A program made the translations under genes and the position numbers. Below the pieces are notes generated by a model that was given only the letters and a program-made list of their open reading frames with translations, was not told where the DNA came from and searched no databases. A stretch of DNA of 64,000 nt, taken from contig JAZDMS010000010.1 in assembly GCA_043800705.1 (NCBI GenBank), positions 128,001 to 192,000 of the forward strand, in the 5' to 3' direction. This document shows, one piece after another, positions 18,007 through 28,320 of the stretch; position 1 is the stretch's first letter, and every line of letters begins with the position of its first letter. This DNA is from Candidatus Altiarchaeota archaeon (GTDB taxonomy: Archaea > Altiarchaeota > Altiarchaeia > IMC4 > SCGC-AAA252-I15).

Positions 18007-19734
18007 TTATTTGCAGTCTCCGAATATGCACCTGTTCGTGTACTTGGTGTGCAGCAGCTTGTGGGCGCGCTCTGATCCGAATTCGCCGAGGTAATCCTTG
18101 TAAAGCTGCAGCACTGCGGGGTTCTGGTGGCTCTTTCGGAGCATCTTCCCCTTGTCCTCTATGTTCAGGGCCTCGGCCCTTTTCGCGAGTATCTCCTTCC
18201 TGTGGGGCGTCGGCTGGCCGCCTCCCCCGACGCATCCGCCGTAGCAGGCCATGATCTCGATGAAGTGGTAGGGGCTTTTGCCGTCCTTTATCTGGTCCAT
18301 GAGCTTCCTCGCCTCCCCAAGGGTGTGGACGACGCAGATCCGCACCTCCTTGCCTGCGAGGTTCAAGGTCGCCTCCTTCATCGTCTCCATGCCGCGGACA
18401 GGCAGGTATTCGACATTGGAGAGGTCCTCCCCGGTCACCATGTCGGCGACGGTCCTGAGCGCGGCCTCCATGACGCCTCCTGAGCGGCCGAATATGTCGC
18501 CCGCCCCGGTCGCGATGCCCATGGGGTTGTCGAACTTGGACGGCTCCAGGTTGAGGAAGTCTATGCTGTACTGCTTGATGAGCTTCGCAAGCTCGACCGT
18601 CGTCAGCACATAGTCCGCCTCTCCCGCGAACTCGGGCCTCTGTATCTCGAACTTCTTCGCGGTGCACGGCATGATGTCTATGAGGACGATGTCCTTCGGG
18701 TCCTTCCCTATCTTCTCCGCGTAGTAGGTCTTGATGAGCGACGCCATGATGGCCTGCGGGCTGCGGCAGCTTGACATGTGGTTGAGCTGGTGGTAGAAGA
18801 ACTGCTCCGCGAACTTGATCCATGCGGGGCAGCATGTGGTTATCATCGGCAGGTCGCGGTTCTCCCTGAACCTCTTCACGAACTCCGTCGCCTCCTCGAC
18901 GATGGTTATGTCCGCCGCCATGTTGGTGTCGAATACCTTGTGGAAGCCGATCTCCCGCAATGCGGCCACCATCTGGCCGGTGACCGGGGTCCCGGGAGGC
19001 AGGCCGAACAGCTCCCCCAATGCGGCCCTTATGGACGGCGCCGTCTGGACTATGAGGTATTTGTCGGAGTTGAGGGCGTCCATGACCTCGTTGATGCTGC
19101 TTCGCTCCGTCAGGGCGCCTGTCGGGCATGCGACGACGCATTGGCCGCAGTTGACGCAGGAGCTTTCGGCCATGTTCATTTCGAGGGCGGGGCTGACTTT
19201 GGTGTCGAATCCGCGGTTTCTGAGGCCTATCGCGTAGACGGTCTGGATCTTGTTGCAGACCTGGACGCACTGCTCGCAGAGGATGCAGCGGTTGTTGTTC
19301 CTGACGATGGAGACGCTGGAGAGGTCCACTTCGCTGTCGCGCTTCTTGCCTGCGAACGGCGTGTCGGTGATCATGAGGTCGTGGCAGTACTGCTGCAGGC
19401 GGCATGTGAGGTTCCTCGGGCATACTACGCAGTTGAGGTCGTGGTTGGCAAGGAGCAGCTCGAGGTTCATCCTCCTGGCCTCGAGGACCCTCGGCGTGTG
19501 GGTCTTGACCTTCATGCCCTCTGCGACGGGCGTGCAGCATGAGGCTATGAGCCTGGGGGCTCCTTCGACCTCGACTATGCACATCCTGCATGCGCCGATG
19601 CGGTCGAGGCGGCGGTTCCAGCAGAAGTGGGGTATGTCTATCTTGTTCCTCCTGGCGACGTCGATGAGCATCTCCCCCTCTTGGGCCTCGACAGTCTGAC
19701 CGTTCAGGGTTATCTTCACGGTCCTATTTTCCAC
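18007..19734 (-). CDS. hydA: group A [FeFe]-hydrogenase catalytic subunit
   Basis: H-cluster motifs TTCCPAW, MPCTAKKFE, EIMACYGGCVGGGGQP; N-terminal [2Fe-2S], His-ligated [4Fe-4S] and 2x[4Fe-4S] motifs. Confidence 0.97.
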   Translation of the reverse strand: MENRTVKITLNGQTVEAQEGEMLIDVARRNKIDIPHFCWNRRLDRIGACRMCIVEVEGAPRLIASCCTPVAEGMKVKTHTPRVLEARRMNLELLLANHDLNCVVCPRNLTCRLQQYCHDLMITDTPFAGKKRDSEVDLSSVSIVRNNNRCILCEQCVQVCNKIQTVYAIGLRNRGFDTKVSPALEMNMAESSCVNCGQCVVACPTGALTERSSINEVMDALNSDKYLIVQTAPSIRAALGELFGLPPGTPVTGQMVAALREIGFHKVFDTNMAADITIVEEATEFVKRFRENRDLPMITTCCPAWIKFAEQFFYHQLNHMSSCRSPQAIMASLIKTYYAEKIGKDPKDIVLIDIMPCTAKKFEIQRPEFAGEADYVLTTVELAKLIKQYSIDFLNLEPSKFDNPMGIATGAGDIFGRSGGVMEAALRTVADMVTGEDLSNVEYLPVRGMETMKEATLNLAGKEVRICVVHTLGEARKLMDQIKDGKSPYHFIEIMACYGGCVGGGGQPTPHRKEILAKRAEALNIEDKGKMLRKSHQNPAVLQLYKDYLGEFGSERAHKLLHTKYTNRCIFGDCK

Positions 19735-21367
19735 TTTTACCCCCCGGTTTAAGGTTTTTGCAGACCCCCGTGCGGCAGGTCTTCTTGACGACGTGTTCGG
19801 CGTATTCCTCCATGAAGTAGTTCATGGTCGACAGTATCGGGTTCGGCGCAGTCTGGCCGAGGCCGCAGAGCGAGCAGTCCTTTACGAATATCGCGAGCTT
19901 CTTGATGGATCCGAGGTCCTTCGGAGTGGATGTGCCGCCCGTTATCTTCTCCATGTATTCGAGGAGGCGGGCGTTGCCTTCCCTGCACGGCGTGCATTTG
20001 CCGCAGGACTCCTCCTTGATGAAGTTCATATAGTATCTTGCTATCTCGACCATGCAGTCCTCGTCGTTGAGGACTATCATCCCCCCGGAGCCGATGATGG
20101 CTCCGAGCTTCGTGACGGTCTCGTAGTCGAGGGGCGTGTCCATGAGGTTCGCGGGTATGCAGCCGCCGGATGGTCCGCCCATCTGCACCGCCTTGAATTC
20201 CGTGCCTTCCAGGGCGCCTCCGCCTATGTCGAACACGATATCCCTCAGCGTCGTCCCGAACGGGACTTCGACGACACCCGCCCTCCTGATCTTGCCGACG
20301 AGGCAGATGGCCTTCGTGCCCTTCGTGTTCTCCGTCCCGACCTTCGAATATTCTTCGGAGCCGATCCTGAAAAGGGTTGCGACGTTCCCTAGGGTGTCGA
20401 CGTTGTTGATGTTCGTCGGCTTCCCCCAAAGGCCGCGCTCGCCCGGGAAAGGAGGCCTCGGCATCGGGTAGCCCCTGTTGCCCATTATCGAGTTCATGAG
20501 GGCGGTCTCCTCGCCGCATACGAACGCGCCGGCCCCCTTCTTGAGCGATATCTCCAGGTTGAATCCCTGCCTGTCGAGTATGTTCTGCCCCAGGAGGCCC
20601 CGGTCCTTGAGGATCTGTATGGCTTGGTTGATCGTCTTGATGGCAAGGGGGTACTCCTCCCTCGTGTAGACGAACGCCTCGTCGGAGCCTATGGCGTACG
20701 CGGCTATCATCATGCCCTCGAGGACCCTGAACGGGTCGCTCTCAAGGAGGGTGCGGTTCATGAACGCGCCGGGGTCGCCCTCGTCGCCGTTGCAGACGAG
20801 GTACTTCTTCCCCTCCCTCTTCGAGATGATGTCCCACTTCTTCCCTGCAGGGAAGCCTGCGCCTCCGCGGCCCCTCACCTTCGAGTCCAGGACGTATTTG
20901 ATCACCTGCGCAGGCTCCATCGACAGGGCGCGGTCGAGGCCCTTGAACCCCCCTGAGGCGACGTACTGTTCCAGGCTCAGAGTATCGATTATCCCGCAGC
21001 TTTCCATCACCAGCCTCTTCTGCTTCTTGTAGTAGTCTATGTCCAGGAGGCTGTGGCCGACGAGGCAGCTGTCGTAGGTTCCGCCATACTTTATGGATGA
21101 TATGAGCTCGTCGACGTTATCCTTTACTATGTGGGCGTATATCGAGTTTGTTCCGTTCTGTTTCACGTTGACTATCGGCTCGTTATAGCACATCCCGGAG
21201 CAGCCTACGGGGTCCACGGGGATGCCGAGGTCCGAGTGCCTGAGCTTCTCCAGGACCGGCATCGCGCCCGCAGATATGCCGCATGTTGCGACCCCGACGG
21301 TAATCCTGTCCCCGGCCAGGTGCTTCTCTGCCTTCTCAGGGTCTATGATATCTGTTATCGTCTTCAT
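19724..21367 (-). CDS. hydB: NuoF-like diaphorase subunit (HydB/HndC-like)
   Basis: GRGGAGFP, NGDEGDPGAFMNR, GAGAFVCGEET, GGPSGG, ESCGKCTPCREG, CSLCGLG; N-terminal thioredoxin-like Cys domain. Confidence 0.95.
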   Translation of the reverse strand: MKTITDIIDPEKAEKHLAGDRITVGVATCGISAGAMPVLEKLRHSDLGIPVDPVGCSGMCYNEPIVNVKQNGTNSIYAHIVKDNVDELISSIKYGGTYDSCLVGHSLLDIDYYKKQKRLVMESCGIIDTLSLEQYVASGGFKGLDRALSMEPAQVIKYVLDSKVRGRGGAGFPAGKKWDIISKREGKKYLVCNGDEGDPGAFMNRTLLESDPFRVLEGMMIAAYAIGSDEAFVYTREEYPLAIKTINQAIQILKDRGLLGQNILDRQGFNLEISLKKGAGAFVCGEETALMNSIMGNRGYPMPRPPFPGERGLWGKPTNINNVDTLGNVATLFRIGSEEYSKVGTENTKGTKAICLVGKIRRAGVVEVPFGTTLRDIVFDIGGGALEGTEFKAVQMGGPSGGCIPANLMDTPLDYETVTKLGAIIGSGGMIVLNDEDCMVEIARYYMNFIKEESCGKCTPCREGNARLLEYMEKITGGTSTPKDLGSIKKLAIFVKDCSLCGLGQTAPNPILSTMNYFMEEYAEHVVKKTCRTGVCKNLKPGGKSGK

Positions 21368-21807
21368 TTATACCCCGCCAAGACCTTGTCGACCTTCTCC
21401 TTGGTCAGCTGTCCGAAGACTTCCTCGTCTATCATCATGCTCGGCGCGTATGCGCAGGCTCCGAGGCAGTTGACGGATTCGAGCGTGAATAGGCCGTCCT
21501 TGGTCGTCTCCTTATCCTTTACGCCGAGCTTCTCCGAGACGTATTCATGGATGAGGTCGGAGCGCCTCACATGGCATGCCGTCCCCGAACAGACTTTGAT
21601 GACGTGCTTCCCCGACGGGATCAGCTTGAAGGCCGCGTAGAAGGTGACGACTCCGTAGATGTCGACTATCGGGATCTTGAGCCTCTGCTCTATCCTTCGC
21701 ATGTTCTCCTCGGAGACGTAGCCGAAAGTCTCCTGGATATCCTCCAAGACGGCGATGAGGTCGGAACGGCCCGAATACTTGGCGAGGATGTCGTCCACGG
21801 AAGCCAT
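21364..21807 (-). CDS. hydC: NuoE-like [2Fe-2S] subunit (HydC/HndA-like)
   Basis: YGVVTFY, VCSGTAC, NCLGAC. Confidence 0.95.
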   Translation of the reverse strand: MASVDDILAKYSGRSDLIAVLEDIQETFGYVSEENMRRIEQRLKIPIVDIYGVVTFYAAFKLIPSGKHVIKVCSGTACHVRRSDLIHEYVSEKLGVKDKETTKDGLFTLESVNCLGACAYAPSMMIDEEVFGQLTKEKVDKVLAGYK

Positions 21808-21887
21808 GCTTAACCAATTGCGATTGCTAATAAAAATACGCCTACTTGGAGACCCGCTTATAATCTGATTCGCATAATAAGGTTCCG

Positions 21888-22973
21888 ATGCAGCTGAAGA
21901 AAACGCCGCTTTGCGGTACTCACGAAAAACTCGGCGCCAGGATGGTGGACTTCGGAGGATGGTACATGCCGGTCCAGTACTCCGGCGTGGTCGAAGAGCA
22001 TAACGCCGTCCGCAACGAAGCAGGCCTTTTCGATGTCAGCCACATGGGCGAATTCGACGTCCAAGGGGCGAAGGGCGAGGCGTTCCTGAACAGGCTCGTC
22101 GCGAACGACGTCTCGAAGATGGCAGACGGCATGTGCCTCTACACCCCGATGTGCTACGAGAACGGCACCATAGTCGACGACCTCATCATCTACAGATACG
22201 ACGGGGAACACTACCTGCTTGTGGTCAACGCTGGCAACATCCAGAAGGACTGGGACTGGGTCAACAAGAACAACAAGGAGGGCGTCATGCTCCGAAACGA
22301 CAGCGACAAGACCGCGGAAGTCGCGATACAGGGGCCAAAGGCCGTTGGAATACTGCAGATGCTCTCCGACTACGACCTGTCGACGCTGAAGAAGTTCAGG
22401 TTCGCCAAGATGAAGGTCGCGGGGATCGGTGCCCTCGTCTCGAGAACGGGATACACCGGAGAGGACGGCTTCGAAATCTACGTCGACAGCGGTAAGGCGG
22501 TCAAATTGTGGGACGCGCTCATGGAGGCGGGGGAAGGTGTCCTGAAGCCAGCTGGCCTCGGTGCAAGGGATACGCTCCGCCTTGAGTCCGCGATGATGCT
22601 CTACGGCAACGACATCGACAATACGACCACCCCCATAGAGGCCGGCATAGGATGGACTGTGAAGCCCGAAAAGGGGGAATTCATCGGGAAGGCCGTCGTC
22701 GGCAAACAGAAGGCGGAAGGCACTAAGAGGCGGCTAGTCGGGTTCAAGATGGTCGGGCCAGGCATAGGGCGCCACGGCTACGAAGTCCAGATAGGCGGGA
22801 AAACCTCTGGAAAGGTCACATCCGGAACATACAGCCCGACGCTGAAGACGGCGATTGGGCTCGCATACCTGCCGGTAGAGAACTCGACAATAGGCTCGGA
22901 GTTCGACGTGATGATCAGGGACAAACCGGTGAAGACGGTCGTCGTGGAGACGCCGTTCATAAAGAAGAAATAA
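21888..22973 (+). CDS. gcvT: glycine cleavage system T protein
   Basis: FGGWYMPVQY, FDVSHMGE, SRTGYTGEDGFE, GLGARDTLRLE. Confidence 0.97.
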   Translation: MQLKKTPLCGTHEKLGARMVDFGGWYMPVQYSGVVEEHNAVRNEAGLFDVSHMGEFDVQGAKGEAFLNRLVANDVSKMADGMCLYTPMCYENGTIVDDLIIYRYDGEHYLLVVNAGNIQKDWDWVNKNNKEGVMLRNDSDKTAEVAIQGPKAVGILQMLSDYDLSTLKKFRFAKMKVAGIGALVSRTGYTGEDGFEIYVDSGKAVKLWDALMEAGEGVLKPAGLGARDTLRLESAMMLYGNDIDNTTTPIEAGIGWTVKPEKGEFIGKAVVGKQKAEGTKRRLVGFKMVGPGIGRHGYEVQIGGKTSGKVTSGTYSPTLKTAIGLAYLPVENSTIGSEFDVMIRDKPVKTVVVETPFIKKK

Positions 22974-23010
22974 AGCCGTTATTTAATTCTGCCGGTTGCG
23001 ATATTTAACC

Positions 23011-24519
23011 ATGGCCGGTGTGGTCTTTGAAAAATCCCCCTCTGAAGGCGGACTCCTCAAGGACCTGTCGTCCATGTTCGCAATGCTTGCGGCATTTTTG
23101 CTCCTGTTTTGCTCGATTTTATTCGGAGTGTTCGGGGATCGCCCTCTGGAGACCGGTATCACATACTCTCTCGCCTCCATTTTTGTTTTCAGCTTCATCT
23201 CCCTCGCCGCCGTCTCGGACATATACGACCTGAAGCTGGGAAGGTTCGGAATGAACAACGTCGTCTTGTCGTTTGTCTCGGGAATAATGTTTCTTGTTTC
23301 AGCCAAGGTCGCCGGACCGCTGGCTTCAGGCATCCTTTTCTCCCTGACGTTCGTATTCTACTTCGCCTGGAATTCCCTCTCATTTTCCGCCAGGAACAGG
23401 AGGGTTGCATCGTTCGCAAAAAAATACAGGCTTGCTGTCAAAGACGGGGGAGTATTCGGCATGTCGTCTGTCAGAGGATCTGTCGGCGGGAGGATGTTCA
23501 AGGGTTCCTTCAACCCGAAAAACAGGCTTGCGTATGCGGGATCGTATCATTCCTCCGTCTACGAGGTCGAGATCGGGACCCGCGCATATAAAGGGGCAGC
23601 ATTCGCCGTCTACCGGAGCATGACGCCGATAGGCGCAGGAGAAAACATGCTCTCCAGCATGGCGGGATACGGCGAAGGCTTCGGAGAGGGCTCGCTCAAG
23701 CTCGTGGCAGGATTGAATCCGATTTGGCTAAGATACAACCAAGTGGGGGTTCCCGCGGCCATCGAAGCCAAAAAAGAATCGCTGATATCGTGTATGGGGC
23801 TCGCAGGGCTCCTGAGGATAAGCCTGAAGGACGGCGTCCTGAAGGCCGAGGTCCGCGCAGACATGGCCGAATCGCTGCCGCAGATAGCTTACTGGCTTGG
23901 AGAGATCGCCAAGGCGGCGGATGGCATCGCCTCATCGGACAATATGGTGCCCTCAGAAGAGACGAAGTCCATTATACTCCCTAAGACACTGAAAAGCCTC
24001 ATATACGGCGCAGCCGTGATTATGCTTGGAATCTTTGCCGTATTTTTCCTCTTCTTCGGCTGTATGCTCGCATTCTTCGGCTTCAACGTCATTGACTCCC
24101 TCGGCGACAGGCCTAATCCTACGGGCGCCTTCGAGTGCGAATCCAAATGGCTCTTCACGGAAAGCAACGAATGCTTCATGGAGCTTGCGTTCAGGCAAAA
24201 GGATCCCTCCTTGTGCGCCAGGATGTCGCCGGTTGAAAGCTCGTCCTTAAGGAAAGACACCCGCCTCGGGGAAAGGGGGTACATGATAGGCAGGACCTAC
24301 TGCTACTTTTGGCTGGCGAAGGACACCGACAATCCCGAATTGTGCAAAAGGATAGTCGGGAAACGGTCGCAGGAGCTCTGCGTCGCAGAGGTTGCAAGAT
24401 CGAGAAAAGACCCGTCGTTATGCAAAGGGATGGAATACCTGAACGTGCGCGGCTGGTGCCTCGACGCCAGCACAGGCAAGCTCCCCCTGAAAGACCGGCC
24501 GCCCATGTTCCTCGATTGA
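23011..24519 (+). CDS. membrane protein with C-terminal Cys repeats
   Basis: About 5 TM; three C..xA...D/NPxLC repeats. Confidence 0.7.
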   Translation: MAGVVFEKSPSEGGLLKDLSSMFAMLAAFLLLFCSILFGVFGDRPLETGITYSLASIFVFSFISLAAVSDIYDLKLGRFGMNNVVLSFVSGIMFLVSAKVAGPLASGILFSLTFVFYFAWNSLSFSARNRRVASFAKKYRLAVKDGGVFGMSSVRGSVGGRMFKGSFNPKNRLAYAGSYHSSVYEVEIGTRAYKGAAFAVYRSMTPIGAGENMLSSMAGYGEGFGEGSLKLVAGLNPIWLRYNQVGVPAAIEAKKESLISCMGLAGLLRISLKDGVLKAEVRADMAESLPQIAYWLGEIAKAADGIASSDNMVPSEETKSIILPKTLKSLIYGAAVIMLGIFAVFFLFFGCMLAFFGFNVIDSLGDRPNPTGAFECESKWLFTESNECFMELAFRQKDPSLCARMSPVESSSLRKDTRLGERGYMIGRTYCYFWLAKDTDNPELCKRIVGKRSQELCVAEVARSRKDPSLCKGMEYLNVRGWCLDASTGKLPLKDRPPMFLD

Positions 24520-24556
24520 CGGGCGATTTAAATTCTCCCTCCCATATCTCCACCGT

Positions 24557-25441
24557 ATGGACCTCCTGACGCAGCTGGAGTACGACGGCAAATGGGTGAA
24601 AGGCGTAATAGGCGACGCGAAAAAGCTGAAGAAGGGTGGAAAAAGATACAGCGAATCCCTCGAAGGGAGAGTCCTCACAATGCTGTTCATGAAGAACTCC
24701 ACCCGCACACGCGTCAGCTTCGAGGCAGGGTTCGCGCAGCTCGGAGGCCACGCCATCTTCCTCGACTGGCGGACGACCAACTTCGACAAAGGCTCGCTCA
24801 GGGACGAGATCAGGTGCCTGGACAGATACAGCGACATAATCATGGCTCGCGTATTCCGCCACCAGGAAATCGTCGACATAGCCGACGCAGCCGAAGTCCC
24901 GGTGATAAACGGCCTCTGCGACACATACCACCCCTGCCAGGCCCTCGCGGATGTAATGACCATATATGAAAAGCTGAAGAGATACAAGTTCAAGCTCGCA
25001 TACACAGGCGACGGCAACAACGTATGCAACTCCCTCATGATAGCGTGCGCCAAAGTCGGGGCCGAGATGTCGGTCGCGACGCCGAAGGGATATGAACCCG
25101 CAGCAAACGCCGTCAACTATGCAAAGACACACGGGACACTCACACTCACCAGCGACCCCAACGAGGCCGCCAAAGACGCTGATGTCGTATACACCGACGC
25201 ATGGGTCGGCCTCGGCCAGGAAGGGGAAAAAGACAGGCGGATGAAGGCCTTCGCAGGCTATACCGTCACGAAGGAACTCCTAGGCGACGCCTACTTCATG
25301 CACTGCCTGCCCGCCGTCCGAGGACTCGAAGCGACCGACGAAGTCCTCGACAGCGAGAAGTCGATAATCTACGACGAGGCCGAGAACCGTATGCATGCCC
25401 AAAAGGCCGTGATGCTGAGACTCCTTCGTAAAAAAATCTGA
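24557..25441 (+). CDS. argF: ornithine carbamoyltransferase-like transcarbamylase
   Basis: STRT, HPCQ, GDGNNV, HCLP, EAENR; the SMG loop is replaced by VGLG. Confidence 0.85.
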   Translation: MDLLTQLEYDGKWVKGVIGDAKKLKKGGKRYSESLEGRVLTMLFMKNSTRTRVSFEAGFAQLGGHAIFLDWRTTNFDKGSLRDEIRCLDRYSDIIMARVFRHQEIVDIADAAEVPVINGLCDTYHPCQALADVMTIYEKLKRYKFKLAYTGDGNNVCNSLMIACAKVGAEMSVATPKGYEPAANAVNYAKTHGTLTLTSDPNEAAKDADVVYTDAWVGLGQEGEKDRRMKAFAGYTVTKELLGDAYFMHCLPAVRGLEATDEVLDSEKSIIYDEAENRMHAQKAVMLRLLRKKI

Positions 25442-25499
25442 CCACCAAGAGGCGATAGAATTTCCGCTATTTTAAGCTCAAATATCCTGTTTGTGTTCG

Positions 25500-25994
25500 A
25501 TGGAAAAGCCCACCCATGTGAAGTTGATGGGCGCGTTGGTTTTTTTGATAGTGTTGGTCCTGTCCGTCATCATAATCGTTGCGGTCTTCACGAAGTATGG
25601 GGATTCGGAGACGTTCCGGATGGACTGGTGGTTTTCCCCGGGCCCCCAGGTCACGACCACCTCGGTGACCGTGTCAACTACGACAACGACGCAGCCGGCC
25701 TCTACGACGTCGTCGACGAGCACCACGACGTCATCCACGTCTTCGACGCTGCATTCGGGGAACAGGAGCCTCAGGATCCCCGACCTGCCGAAGCCGGAGC
25801 TCATAGGCGACCTCGATAACAACCTCGGCAGGATATTCGTAAACAAGTCGATCGTATTCAACGAAACAGGCGGCCTAAGCCGCATATCCGGGACTGTGCG
25901 GCAGCTTGTCGAGATCGACGAAGCAGACATCGGAAAATACGATGGGGACGAGATATACCTCCAATACTGGAACGGGACGTGGGTACGTCTGTGA
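25500..25994 (+). CDS. membrane-anchored Thr/Ser-rich protein
   Basis: N-terminal TM followed by a poly-Thr/Ser linker. Confidence 0.7.
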   Translation: MEKPTHVKLMGALVFLIVLVLSVIIIVAVFTKYGDSETFRMDWWFSPGPQVTTTSVTVSTTTTTQPASTTSSTSTTTSSTSSTLHSGNRSLRIPDLPKPELIGDLDNNLGRIFVNKSIVFNETGGLSRISGTVRQLVEIDEADIGKYDGDEIYLQYWNGTWVRL

Positions 25995-26032
25995 TAAGGA
26001 AAAAATGTGGGGGATATCACCCCCAACATCCT

Positions 26033-28241
26033 TCAGGGTCTGTGTTTCTTCTTCAAAGCAAAGAAGGAAAACAATGCCAGGACCACGATAGCAGCTGCAG
26101 CGATGGCGTATGTCGTACTATTGTCCTGCGGTTCGACGGCCTTTCTGGGGTTTTCCTCCTTCGCGGCAATGGCTTCTTTGGGGGGTTTGTCTTGCGCCTT
26201 CTTCTCGGAGGGGGGCGTGTATGCTTCCACCTCCCCTTTGATGCCTTTTAACTCCTTCAAGGCCTTCATGCACCTGCCTGCTTTGATATTATCTTTTACG
26301 TCATCAATCCTCTGCGCCCACCCGTCTTTGATGTTTTCAGGCGCTTTCGAGGCTTCTGATGCGGCTCTCGCATCTGATTCTGCCTTGGATACGTCCTCAT
26401 CAAGCGGGTATAGGATGATCGACCTTTTTTCGCTGATCTTGTTGAACAAGTCCTTGAACCATGTAAAGTTTTCTGCTGGGATCTCCCCTTCTATGAACTG
26501 TATCCTCGCCTTCGCGTTGATTGCGTTGGTGTCCTCGTCCACGCCCGAAGACGATGATACCTTCAGGAACGGGTAGTCCATGCCCTCCACGAAGGGGTAG
26601 TCCTCTATCCCGAAGCATGCGGGAAGCGTGCTGTTGGCTTCGATATCGATGATTATTGCGGGATATACGGATATGGGGAACCTTCTCTTCTCCTTCGAGA
26701 CGACGGCGGCGAACCCCCCGCCTCTGTCGCCCAGGTCATTTTCGGTCTCGAAGATGAGCTTGTTGCCTGACCTCGATGCCGCCTTCGCGCATGTGTAGTC
26801 GAATGCCGTTTCCATTTTCGAGTCGTTGAGGCTTATCCTCATATTCTTTATGGTTGCGTCGCCGCACTTGGCTGTCAATTTCGTCGCCATGGTCTCTTTC
26901 ATGGCTGCCTCTAGGGGAGGAGACTCCCTGGGTTTTCATGCTTTTAGCTATCGCATAAGGGGCGTCCCCGACTATCACCATCCTGATTGCCCCGTTCTCG
27001 GAGCCGTTGCCGTCGATTTCGGAGTCTTCGGAGGCATAGAGGTACGATGCCTTCTCGGGGGGGAGTTCCATGGTCTTCGTGAATCCTCTTCTGTCGTCGA
27101 AGAGGACTAGGGCGTTTATCCCCTGCACGGTGGTTGGGATGTGTCCTGGGGGGCAATATGTGCAGGTGGTGTCCAGCCACATGCCATTATCGACTTCCGG
27201 GACGTAGACGACACTATGGAAGAATGCGAACGGTCCTGGGACGTCCTTTTCGACGTCGCGATATGTGAGGATGACGGGATATGCCTTTATCCCCGCCTGT
27301 TTGAGCATCGTCGCCAGCAGGGCGGTTTGGCCTTTGCAGTCACCGCTTTCGCGGATCAGGGTCTGTTTCAGCTCGGCAGGTTTGTATCCGGACAGGAATG
27401 TAAGTCCGTAGTTCTCATATGTTATGTTCTCGCGGACGTAGCTGTAGAGGCGTTCAACCTTGGCCTTTTCCGACATGTCTTTCGTTGTTATGTTAGAGAC
27501 CAGGTCCTGGACGTATTGGGTCTTGATGACTTCGGTGAATAGGTCCTCGAACCATTCCTCGACCTCGTCCCATGACCCGAAGGTTGTGAACGACACCCTG
27601 TCGAGGCTGTATCTTGCGGGTGGCATCATGTCCTCTTTCTCGTAGTAGGGGACGTTGTCGACCGCCCAGGTGTATGTCTTCTTTTCGCCGAGGTCCTCGA
27701 TAATGGGCTGGGACTTCGTCGCGATATATCTGAAGTTAATCCCAGACGGCACATCCACTGCAAGCCTCTGTTTTTCGATGGGCATCTGGCCTTCGAGGTA
27801 TATGTCTTCGGGGCTCCATGCGGTTCCTTCCTTTGGGAATTTTATGTCCTCCTGGTACCTGATGTTTAAGGCATCTCCGACCTGCATCGAAGGGTAGTCG
27901 ATTATCACCCCATCTGTGTACGTGTGGATGAGGTCGCTTTTGCATTTTTCGACCTTCTCGTCGGCCCTGATGATGGTGCAGTTCAGGAGGCCGAATTTGC
28001 CGTATTGGCCGTTCACGACTCTTGTGATCTGGTATTCGTTTGCCTCATTTGGCTTGCACATCCTATACTGTTCCGTCGTCGTTATGACATCGCGGCCTTC
28101 GGTCAGTTTGTGGTTCTGGTCCCATATCGCCAGTATGGCCCGCCCGTTCTTGGGATTGATGTCGCTGCAGGTGAATGCCGTTGCGGAGGTTGCATATATC
28201 AGAAAAAACAGTCCGATTGATGCTGTTGTCCTATAGTTCAT
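26033..28241 (-). pseudogene. secreted DUF3857/transglutaminase-like protein with C-terminal anchor, split by a frameshift near 26914-26917
   Basis: GDCKG, FHSVV, WLDTT triad; deleting one C from TCCCCT joins ORFs 26736..28241 and 26033..26902 (…VSSLEAAMKETMAT…). Confidence 0.75.
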
Positions 28242-28320
28242 GATGTCTTATTCGCTTAGTTGATTTAAAATGTTGAGGGTTTAATTATATTACTATCTTT
28301 TACTATAGTCTTTTTAGTGG

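Noticed and set aside
17891-19591. 566-aa ORF overlapping hydA, and similar long shadow ORFs (e.g. 9352..10350, 24191..25132)
   Set aside because: Alternative-frame or antisense artefacts of GC-rich coding sequence with no motifs
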